From the human T2T-CHM13v2.0 reference genome, Homo sapiens: DNA of 64,000 nucleotides. Location: NCBI RefSeq assembly GCF_009914755.1, contig NC_060942.1; one strand, written 5' to 3'. Numbering within the stretch: the first letter of the stretch is position 1; each line of letters begins with the position of its first letter. This document shows, piece after piece, positions 11,572 through 23,132 of this stretch. The notes under the pieces were generated by a model. The model saw only the letters and a program-made list of their open reading frames with translations. It was not told the DNA's origin and did not search any database. The translations under genes and the position numbers were made by a program.

Positions 11572-13614
11572 GAATTCATACAAATTGCAGACTGCAGCGT
11601 TCTGAGAAACAGATTTGTGATGTTTGTATTCAGGACACAGAGATGAACATTCCCTATCATAGAGCAGGTTGGAATCACTCCTTTTGTAGTATCTGGAAGT
11701 GGACATTTGGAGCGCTTTCAGGCCTATGTTGAAAAAGGAAATATCTTCCCATAACAACTAGACACAAGCATTCTCAGAAACTTGTTTGTGATGTGTGCCC
11801 TCTACTGACAGAGTTGAACCTTTCTTTTCATAGAGCAGTTTTGAAACACTCTTTTTGTAGAATCTGCAAAAGGATATTTGCATAGCTTTGAGGATTTCGT
11901 GGGAAACGGGATTGTCTTCAGGTAAAATCTAGACAGAAGCATTCTCAGAAACTTCTCTGGGATGTTTGCATTCAAGTCACAGAGTAGAACATTCCCTTTG
12001 GTAGAGCAGGTTTGAAACACTCTTTTTGTAGTATCTGGAAGTGGACATTTGGAGCGCTTTCAGGCCCATGTTGGAAAGGGAAATATCTTCCCGTAACAAC
12101 TAGGCAGAAGCATTCTCAGAAACATATTTGAGATGTGTGTACTCAACTAAGAGAATTGAACCACCGTTTCGAAGGAGCAGTTTTGAAACACCCTTTTTCT
12201 GGAATCTGCAAGAGTATATTTGCCTAGCCTTGAGGATTTCGTTGGAAACGGGATTGTCTTCAGATCAAATCTAGACAGAAGCATTCTCAGAAACTTCTTT
12301 GGGATGTTTGCATTCAAGTCACAGAGTAGAACATTCCCTTTGGCAGAGCAGGTTTGAAACACTCTTTTTGTAGTATCTGGAAGTGGACATTTGGAGCGCT
12401 TTCAGGCCTATGTTGGAAAGGGAAATATCTTCCCTTAACAACTAGGCAGAAGCATTCTCAGAAACTTATTTGAGATGTGTGTACTCAACTAAGAGAATTG
12501 AACCACCGTTTTGAAGGACCAGTTTTGAAACACTCTTTTTCTGGAATCTGCTAGAGGATATTTGCCAGCTTTGAGGATTTCGTTGGAAACGGGATTGTCT
12601 TCAGATCAAATCTAGACAGAAGCATTCTCAGAAACTTCTTTGGGATGTTTGCATTCAAGTCACAGAGTAGAACATTCCCTTTGGTAGAGCAGGTTTGAAA
12701 CCCTCCTTTTGTAGTATCTGGAAGTGGACATTTGGAGCGCTTTCAGGCCCATGTTGGAAAGGGAAATATCTTCCCGTAACAACTAGGCAGAAGCATTCTC
12801 AGAAACTTATTTGAGATGTGTGTACTCAACTAAGAGAATTGAACCACCGTTTTGAAGGAGCAGTTTTGAAACACTCTTTTTCTGTAATCTGCAAGAGTAT
12901 ATTTGCCTAGCCTTGAGGATTTCGTTGGAAACGGGATTGTCTTCAGATAAAATCTAGACAGAAGCATTCTCAGAAACTTCTTTGGGATGTTTGCATTCAA
13001 GTCACAGAGTAGAACATTCCCTTTGGTAGAGCAGGTTTGAAACACTCTTTTTTTAGTATATGGAAGTGGACATTTGGAGCGCTTTCAGGCCTACGTTGGA
13101 AAAGGAAATATCTTCCCATAACAACTAGATAGAAGCATTCTCAGAAACTAGTTTCTGATGTGTGTCCTCAACTAACACAGTTGAACTTTTCTTTACACAG
13201 AACAGTTTTGAAACACTCTTTTTGTGGAATCTGCAAGTGGATATTTGGCTAGATTTGAGGATTTCGTTGGAAACGGGATTACATATAAAAAGCAGACAGC
13301 AGCATTCTCAGAAAGTTCTTTGTGATGATTGCATTCAAGTCACAGAATTGAACATCCCCTTTCACAGAGCAGGTTTGAAACACTCTTTTTGTAGTGTGTG
13401 TAAGTGGACATTTGGAGCGCTTTCCGGCCTAAGGTGAAAAAGGAAATATCTTCCCATAAAAACTAGACAGAATCATTCTCAGAAACTTACTCGTGATGTG
13501 TGTCCTCAACTAAAGGAGTAGAACCTTTCTATTCATAGAGAAGTTTTGAAACGCTCTTTTTGTGGAATCTGCAAGTGGATATTTGGCTAGTTTTGAGGAT
13601 TTCGTTGGAAGCGG
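11572..13614 (+). repeat. Second expanded HOR variant, 2043 bp (8-mer plus two extra dimers, minus 1 bp)
   Basis: EcoRI sites at 11572 and 13615. Three (t/a)tatttgagatg monomers (~12124, 12466, 12807) and a 1-bp deletion in tttgccagct near 12565. Confidence 0.9.
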
Positions 13615-16600
13615 GAATTCATACAAATTGCAGACTGCAGCGTTCTGAGAATCATCTTTGTGATGTTTGTATTCAGGACACAGAGATGAACATTCCCTAT
13701 CATAGAGCAGGTTGGAATCACTCCTTTTGTAGTATCTGGAAGTGGACATTTGGAGCGCTTTCAGGCCTATGTTGAAAAAGGAAATATCTTCCCATAACAA
13801 CTAGACACAAGCATTCTCAGAAACTTGTTTGTGATGTGTGCCCTCTACTGACAGAGTTGAACCTTTCTTTTCATAGAGCAGTTTTGAAACACTCTTTTTG
13901 TAGAATCTGCAAGAGGATATTTGCATAGCTTTGAGGATTTCGTGGGAAACGGGATTGTCTTCAGGTAAAATCTAGACAGAAGCATTCTCAGAAACTTCTT
14001 TGGGATGTTTGCATTCAAGTCACAGAGTAGAACATTCCCTTTGGTAGAGCAGGTTTGAAACCCTCTTTTTGTAGTATCTGGAAGTGGACATTTGGAGCGC
14101 TTTCAGGCCCATGTTGGAAAGGGAAATATCTTCCCGTAACAACTAGGCAGAAGCATTCTCAGAAACTTATTTGAGATGTGTGTACTCAACTAAGAGAATT
14201 GAACCACCGTTTTGAAGGAGCAGTTTTGAAACACTCTTTTTCTGGAATCTGCAAGAGTATATTTGCCTAGCCTTGAGAATTTCGTTGGAAACGGGATTGT
14301 CTTCAAATAAAATCTAGACAGAAGCATTCTCAGAAACTTCTTTGGGATGTTTGCATTCAAGTCACAGAGTAGAACATTCCCTTTGGTAGAGCAGGTTTGA
14401 AACACTCTTTTTTTAGTATATGGAAGTGGACATTTGGAGCGCTTTCAGGCCTACGTTGGAAAAGGAAATATCTTCCCATAACAACTAGACAGAAGCATTC
14501 TCAGAAACTAGTTTCTGATGTGTGTCCTCAACTAACACAGTTGAACTTTTCTTTAGACAGAACAGTTTTGAAACACTCTTTTTGTGGAATCTGCAAGTGG
14601 ATATTTGGCTAGATTTGAGGATTTCGTTGGAAACGGGATTACATATAAAAAGCAGACAGCAGCATTCTTAGAAAATTCTTTGTGATGATTGCATTCAAGT
14701 CACAGAATTGAACATTCCCTTTCACAGAGCAGGTTTGAAACCCTCTTTTTGTAGTGTGTGTAAGTGGACATTTGGAGCACTTTCCGGCCTAAGGTGAAAA
14801 ACGAAATATCTTCCCATAAAAACTAGACAGAAGCATTCTCAGAAACTTACTCGTGATGTGTGTCCCCAACTAAAGGAGTAGAACATTTCTATTCAAAGAG
14901 AAGTTTTGAAACGCTCTTTTTGTGGAATCTCCAAGTGGATATTTGGCTAGTTTTGAGGATTTCGTTGGAAGCGGGAATTCATACAAATTGCAGACTGCAG
15001 CGTTCTGAGAATCATCTTTGTGATGTTTGTATTCAGGACACAGAGATGAACATTCCCTATCATAGAGCAGGTTGGAATCACTCCTTTTGTAGTATCTGGA
15101 AGTGGACATTTGGAGCGCTTTCAGGCTTATGTTGAAAAAGGAAATATCTTCCCATAAGAACTAGACACAAGCATTCTCAGAAACTTGTTTGTGATGTGTG
15201 CCCTCTACTGACAGAGTTGAACCTTTCTTTTCATAGAGCAGTTTTGAAACACTCTTTTTGTAGAATCTGCAAGAGGATATTTGCATAGCTTTGAGGATTT
15301 CGTGGGAAACGGGATTGTCTTCAGGTAAAATCTAGACAGAAGCATTCTCAGAAACTTCTTTGGGATGTTTGCATTCAAGTCACAGAGTAGAACATTCCCT
15401 TTGGTAGAGCAGGTTTGAAACACTCTTTTTGTAGTATCTGGAAGTGGACATTTGGAGCACTTTCAGGCCCATGTTGGAAAGGGAAATATCTTCCCGTAAC
15501 AACTAGGCAGAAGCATTCTCTGAAACTTATTTGAGATGTGTGTACTCAACTAAGAGAATTGAACCACCGTTTTGAAGGAGCAGTTTTGAAACACTCTTTT
15601 TCTGGAATCTGCAAGAGTATATTTGCCTAGCCTTGAGGATTTCGTTGGAAACGGGATTGTCTTCAGATAAAATCTAGACAGAAGCATTCTCAGAAACTTC
15701 TTTGGGATGTTTGTATTCAAGTCACAGAGTAGAACATTCCCTTTGGTAGAGCAGGTTTGAAACACTCTTTTTTTAGCATATGGAAATGGACATTTGGAGC
15801 GCTTTCATGCCTACGTTGGAAAAGGAAATATCTTCCCATAACAACTAGACAGAAGTATTCTCAGAAACTAGTTTCTGATGTGTGTCCTCAACTAACACAG
15901 TTGAACTTTTCTTTAGACAGAACAGTTTTGAAACACTCTTTTTGTGGAATCTGCAAGTGGATATTGGGCTAGATTTGAGGATTTCGTTGGAAACGGGATT
16001 ACATATAAAAAGCAGACAGCAGCATTCTCAGAAAGTTCTTTGTGATGATTGCATTCAAGTCACAGAATTGAACATTCCCTTTCACAGAGCAGGTTTGAAA
16101 CACTCTTTTTGTAGTGTGTGTAAGTGGACATTTGGAGCACTTTCCGGCCTAAGGTGAAAAAGGAAATATCTTCCCATAAAAACTAGACAGAAGCATTCTC
16201 AGAAACTTACTCGTGATGTGTGTCCTCAACTAAAGGAGTAGAACCTTTCTATTCATAGAGAAGGTTTGAAACGCTCTTTTTGTGGAATCTCCAAGTGGAT
16301 ATTTGGCTAGTTTTGAGGATTTCGTTGGATGCGGGAATTCATACAAATTGCAGACTGCAGCGTTCTGAGAAACATCTTTGTGATGTTTGTATTCAGGACA
16401 CAGAGATGAACATTCCCTATCATAGAGCAGGTTGGAATCACTCCTTTTGTAGTATCTGGAAGTGGACATTTGGAGCGCTTTCAGGCCTATGTTGAAAAAG
16501 GAAATATCTTCCCATAACAACTAGACACAAGCATTCTCAGAAACTTGTTTGTGATGTGTGCCCTCTGCTGACAGAGTTGAACCTTTCTTTTCATAGAGCA

Positions 16601-17694
16601 GTTTTGAAACACTCTTTTTGTAGAATCTGCAAGAGGATATTTGCATAGCTTTGAGGATTTCGTGGGAAACGGGATTGTCTTCAGGTAAAATCTAGACAGA
16701 AGCATTCTCAGAAACTTCTTTGGGATGTTTGCATTCAAGTCACAGAGTAGAACATTCCCTTTGGTAGAGCAGGTTTGAACCCCTCTTTTTGTAGTATCTG
16801 GAAGTGGACATTTGGAGCGCTTTCAGGCCCATGTTGGAAAGGGAAATATCTTCCCGTAACAACTAGGCAGAAGCATTCTCAGAAACTTATTTGAGATGTG
16901 TGTACTCAACTAAGAGAATTGAACCACCGTTTTGAAGGAGCAGATTTGAAACACTCTTTTTCTGGAATCTGCAAGAGTATATTTGCCTAGCCTTGAAGAT
17001 TTCGTTGGAAACGGGATTGTCTTCAGATAAAATCTAGACAGAAGCATTCTCAGAAACTTCTTTGGGATGTTTGCATTCAAGTCACAGAGTAGAACATTCC
17101 CTTTGGTAGAGCAGGTTTGAAACACTCTTTTTTTAGTATATGGAAGTGGACATTTGGAGCGCTTTCAGGCCTACGTTGGAAAAGGAAATATCTTCCCATA
17201 ACAACTAGACAGAAGCATTCTCAGAAACTAGTTTCTGATGTGTGTCCTCAACTAACACAGTTGAACTTTTCTTTAGACAGAACAGTTTTGAAACACTCCT
17301 TTTGTGGAATCTGCAAGTGGATATTTGGCTAGATTTGAGGATTTCGTTGGAAACGGGATTACATATAAAAAGCAGACAGCAGCATTCTCAGAAAGTTCTT
17401 TTTGATGATTGCATTCAAGTCACAGAATTGAACATTCCCTTTCACAGAGCAGGTTTGAAACACTCTTTTTGTAGTGTGTGTAAGTGGACATTTGGAGCGC
17501 TTTCCGGCCTAAGGTGAAAAAGGAAATATCTTCCCATAAAAACTAGACAGAAGCATTCTCAGAAACTTACTCGTGATGTGTGTCCTCAACTAAAGGAGTA
17601 GAACCTTTCTATTCATAGAGAAGTTTTGAAACGCTCTTTTTGTGGAATCTCCAAGTGGATATTTGGCTAGTTTTGAGGATTTCGTTGGAAGCGG
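13615..17694 (+). repeat. Three 8-mer HOR units
   Basis: EcoRI sites at 13615, 14975, 16335 and 17695. Confidence 0.93.
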
Positions 17695-20600
17695 GAATTC
17701 ATACAAATTGCAGACTGCAGCGTTCTGAGAAACATCTTTGTGATGTTTGTATTCAGGACACAGAGATGAACATTCCCTATCATAGAGCAGGTTGGAATCA
17801 CTCCTTTTGTAGTATCTGGAAGTGGACATTTGGAGCGCTTTCAGGCCTATGTTGAAAAAGGAAATATCTTCCCATAACAACTAGACACAAGCATTCTCAG
17901 AAACTTGTTTGTGATGTGTGCCCTCTACTGACAGAGTTGAACCTTTCTTTTCATAGAGCAGTTTTGAAACACTCTTTTTGTAGAATCTGCAAGAGGATAT
18001 TTGCATAGCTTTGAGGATTTCGTGGGAAACGGGATTGTCTTCAGGTAAAATCTAGACAGAAGCATTCTCAGAAACTTCTTTGGGATGTTTGCATTCAAGT
18101 CACAGAGTAGAACATTCCCTTTGGTAGAGCAGGTTTGAAACACTCTTTTTGTAGTATCTGGAAGTGGACATTTGGAGCGCTTTCAGGCCCATGTTGGAAA
18201 GGGAAATATCTTCCCGTAACAACTAGGCAGAAGCATTCTCAGAAACTTATTTGAGATGTGTGTACTCAACTAAGAGAATTGAACCACCGTTTTGAAGGAG
18301 CAGTTTTGAAACACTCTTTTTCTGGAATCTGCAAGAGTATATTTGCCTAGCCTTGAGAATTTCGTTGGAAACGGGATTGTCTTCAGGTAAAATCTAGACA
18401 GAAGCATTCTCAGAAACTTTTTTGGGATGTTTGCATTCAAGTCACAGAGTAGAACATTCCCTTTGGTAGAGCAGGTTTGAAACACTCTTTTTGTAGTATC
18501 TGGAAGTGGACATTTGGAGCACTTTCAGGCCCATGTTGGAAAGGGAAATATCTTCCCGTAACAACTAGGCAGAAGCATTCTCTGAAACTTTTTTGAGATG
18601 TGTGTACGCAACTAAGAGAATTGAACCACCGTTTTGAAGGAGCAGTTTTGAAACACTCTTTTTCTGGAATCTGCTAGACGATATTTGCCTAGCCTTGAGG
18701 ATTTCGTTGGAAACGGGATTGTCTTCAGATAAAATCTAGACAGAAGCATTCTCAGAAACTTCTTTGGGATGTTTGTATTCAAGTCACAGAGTAGAACATT
18801 CCCTTTGGTAGAGCAGGTTTGAAACACTCTTTTTTTAGTATATGGAAATGGACATTTGGAGCGCTTTCAGGCCTACGTTGGAAAAGGAAATATCTTCCCA
18901 TAACAACTAGACAGAAGCATTCTCAGAAACTTGTTTCTGATGTGTGTCCTCAACTAACACAGTTGAACTTTTCTTTAGACAGAACAGTTTTGAAACACTC
19001 TTTTTGTGGAATCTGCAAGTGGATATTTGGCTAGATTTGAGGATTTCGTTGGAAACGGGATTACATATAAAAAGCAGACAGCAGCATTCTCAGAAAGTTC
19101 TTTGTGATGATTGCATTCAAGTCACAGAATTGAACATTCCCTTTCACAGAGCAGGTTTGAAACACTCTTTTTGTAGTGTGTGTAAGTGGACATTTGGAGC
19201 ACTTTCCGGCCTAAGGTGAAAAAGGAAATATCTTCCCATAAAAACTAGACAGAAGCATTCTCAGAAACTTACTCGTGATGTGTGTCCTCAACTAAAGGAG
19301 TAGAACCTTTCTATTCATAGAGAAGGTTTGAAACGCTCTTTTTGTGGAATCTCCAAGTGGATATTTGGCTAGTTTTGAGGATTTCGTTGGATGCGGGAAT
19401 TCATACAAATTGCAGACTGCAGCGTTCTGAGAAACATCTTTGTGATGTTTGTATTCAGGACACAGAGATGAACATTCCCTATCATAGAGCAGGTTGGAAT
19501 CACTCCTTTTGTAGTATCTGGAAGTGGACATTTGGAGCGCTTTCAGGCCTATGTTGAAAAAGGAAATATCTTCCCATAACAACTAGACACAAGCATTCTC
19601 AGAAACTTGTTTGTGATGTGTGCCCTCTGCTGACAGAGTTGAACCTTTCTTTTCATAGAGCAGTTTTGAAACACTCTTTTTGTAGAATCTGCAAGAGGAT
19701 ATTTGCATAGCTTTGAGGATTTCGTGGGAAACGGGATTGTCTTCAGGTAAAATCTAGACAGAAGCATTCTCAGAAACTTCTTTGGGATGTTTGCATTCAA
19801 GTCACAGAGTAGAACATTCCCTTTGGTAGAGCAGGTTTGAAACCCTCTTTTTGTAGTATCTGGAAGTGGACATTTGGAGCGCTTTCAGGCCCATGTTGGA
19901 AAGGGAAATATCTTCCCGTAACAACTAGGCAGAAGCATTCTCAGAAACTTATTTGAGATGTGTGTACTCAACTAAGAGAATTGAACCACCGTTTTGAAGG
20001 AGCAGTTTTGAAACACTCTTTTTCTGGAATCTGCTAGAGTATATTTGCCTAGCTTTGAGGATTTCGTTGGAAACGGGATTGTCTTCAGCTAAAATCTAGA
20101 CAGAAGCATTCTCAGAAACTTCTTTGGGATGTTTCTATTCAAGTCACAGAGTAGAACATTCCCTTTGGTAGAGCAGGTTTGAAACACTCTTTTTGTAGTA
20201 TCTGGAAGTGGACATTTGGAGCGCTTTCAGGCCTATGTTGGAAAGGGAAATATCTTCCCGTAACAACTAGGCAGAAGCATTCTCAGAAACTTATTTGAGA
20301 TGGGTGTACTCAACTAAGAGAATTGAACCACCCTTTTCAAGGAGCAGTTTTGAAACACTCTTTTTCTGGAATCTGCAAGAGTATATTTGCCTAGCTTTGA
20401 GGATTTCGTTGGAAACGGGATTGTCTTCAGATAAAATCTAGACAGAAGCATTCTCAGAAACTTCTTTGGGTGTTTGCATTCAATTCATAGAGTAGAACAT
20501 TCCCTTTGTTAGAGCAGGTTTGAAACACTCTTTTTTTAGTATATGGAAGTGGACATTTGGAGCGCTTTCAGGCCTACGTTGGAAAAGGAAATATCTTCCC

Positions 20601-21097
20601 ATAACAACTAGACAGAAGCATTCTCAGAAACTAGTTTCTGATGTGTGTCCTCAACTAACACAGTTGAACATTTCTTTAGACAGAACAGTTTTGAAACACT
20701 CTTTTTGTGGAATCTGCAAGTGGCTATTTGGCTAGATTTGAGGATTTCGTTGGAAACGGGATTACATATAAAAAGCAGTCAGCAGCATTCTCAGATAGTT
20801 CTTTGTGATGATTGCATTCAAGTCACAGAATTGAAAATTCCCTTTCACAGAGCAGGTTTGAAACACTCTTTTTGTAGTGTGTGTAAGTGGACATTTGGAG
20901 CGCTTTCTGGCCTAAGGTGAAAAAGGAAATATCTTCCCATAAAAACTAGACAGAAGCATTCTCAGAAACTTACTCGTGATGTGTGTCCTCAACTAAAGGA
21001 GTAGAACCTTTCTTTTCATAGAGAAGTTTTGAAACGCTCTTTTTGTGGAATCTGCACGTGGATATTTGGCTAGTTTTGAGGATTTCGTTGGAAGCGG
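17695..21097 (+). repeat. Two 10-mer HOR variants (1702 and 1701 bp)
   Basis: EcoRI sites at 17695, 19397 and 21098. Each unit carries one extra 342-bp dimer. Confidence 0.9.
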
Positions 21098-22457
21098 GAA
21101 TTCATACAAATTGCAGACTGCAGCGTCCTGAGAAACATCTTTGTGATGTTTGTATTCAGGACACAGAGATGAACATTCCCTATCATAGAGCAGGTTTGAA
21201 TCACTCCTTTTGTAGTATCTGGAAGTGGACATTTGGAGCGCTTTCAGGCCTATGTTGAAAAAGGAAATATCTTCCCATAACAACTAGACACAAGCATTCT
21301 CAGAAACTTGTTTGTGATGTGTGCCCTCTACTGACAGAGTTGAACCTTTCTTTTCATAGAGCAGTTTTGAAACACTCTTTTTGTAGAATCTGCAAGAGGA
21401 TATTTGCATAGCTTTGAGGATTTCGTGGGAAACGGGATTGTCTTCAGGTAAAATCTAGACAGAAGCATTCTCAGAAACTTCTTTGGGATGTTTGCATTCA
21501 AGTCACAGAGTAGAACATTCCCTTTGGTAGAGCAGGTTTGAAACCCTCTTTTTGTAGTATCTGGAAGTGGACATTTGGAGCGCTTTCAGGCCCATGTTGG
21601 AAAGGGAAATATCTTCCCGTAACAACTAGGCAGAAGCATTCTCAGAAACTTATTTGAGATGTGTGTACTCAACTAAGAGAATTGAACCACCGTTTTGAAG
21701 GAGCAGTTTTGAAACACTCTTTTTCTGGAATCTGCAAGAGTATATTTGCCTAGCCTTGAGGATTTCGTTGGAAACGGGATTGTCTTCAGATAAAATCTAG
21801 ACAGAAGCATTCTCAGAAACTTCTTTGGGATGTTTGCATTGAAGTCACAGAGTAGAACATTCCCTTTGGTAGAGCAGGTTTGAAACACTCTTTTTTTAGT
21901 ATATGGAAGTGGACATTTTGATCGCTTTCAGGCTTACGTTGGAAAAGGAAATATCTTCCCATAACAACTAGACAGAAGCATTCTCAGAAACTAGTTTCTG
22001 ATGTGTGTCCTCAACTAACACAGTTGAACATTTCTTTAGACAGAACAGTTTTGAAACACTCTTTTTGTGGAATCTGCAAGTGGCTATTTGGCTAGATTTG
22101 AGGATTTCGTTGGAAACGGGATTACATATAAAAAGCAGTCAGCAGCATTCTCAGAAAGTTCTTTGTGATGATTGCATTCAAGTCACAGAATTGAACATTC
22201 CCTTTCACAGAGCAGGTTTGAAACACTCTTTTTGTAGTGTGTGTAAGTGGACATTTGGAGCACTTACCGGCCTAAGGTGAAAAAGGAAATATCTTCCCAT
22301 AAAAACTAGACAGAAGCATTCTCAGAAACTTACTCGTGATGTGTGTCCTCAACTAAAGGAGTAGAACCTTTCTTTTCATAGAGAAGTTTTGAAACGCTCT
22401 TTTTGTGGAATCTGCAAGTGGATATTTGGCTAGTTTTGAGGATTTCGTTGGAAGCGG

Positions 22458-23132
22458 GAATTCATACAAATTGCAGACTGCAGCGTTCTGAGAAACATCT
22501 TTGTGATGTTTGTATTCAGGACACAGAGTTGAACATTCCCTATCATAGAGCAGGTTTGAATCACTCCTTTTGTAGTATCTGGAAGTGGACATTTGGAGCG
22601 CTTTCAGGCCTATGTTGGAAAAGGAAATATCTTCCCATAACAACTAGACAGAAGCATTCTCAGAAACTTATTTGAGATGTGTCTACTCAACTAAGAGAAT
22701 TGAACCACCGTTTTGAAGGAGCAGTTTTGAAACACTCTTTTTCTGGAATCTGCAAGTGGATATTTGGCTAGCTTTGGGGATTTCGCTGGAAGCGGGAATA
22801 CATATAAAAAGCACAAAGCAGCGTTCTGAGAAACTGCTTTCTGATGTTTGCATTCAAGTCAAAAGTTGAACACTCCCTTTCATAGAGCAGTCTTGAAACA
22901 CCCCTTTTGTAGTATCTGGAACTGGACTTTTGGAGCGATTTTAGGGCTAAGGTGAAAAAGGAAATATCTTCCCATAAAAACTGGACAGAAGCATTCTCAG
23001 AAACTTGTTTATGCTGTATCTACTCAACTAACAAAGTTGAACCTTTCTTTTGATAGAGCAGTTTTGAAATGGTCTTTTTGTGGAATCTGCAAGTGGATAT
23101 TTGGCTAGTTTTGAGGATTTCGTTGGAAGCGG
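22458..23132 (+). repeat. First 675-bp 4-mer segment (12-mer-specific monomers)
   Basis: Contains sequence absent upstream: gctttggggatttcgctggaagcgggaatac, actgctttctgatg, caaaagttgaacactccc and ttgtttatgctgtatctact. Confidence 0.92.
22781..22797 (+). promoter_or_regulatory. CENP-B box specific to the 4-mer segment (TTTCGCTGGAAGCGGGA)
   Basis: The core NTTCGNNNNANNCGGGN is intact. Confidence 0.88.

Noticed and set aside
8168-13614. 2043-bp units as the canonical 12-mer
   Set aside because: They lack the 4-mer-specific monomers and are 8-mers with repeated internal dimers. The true 12-mer here is 2035 bp.
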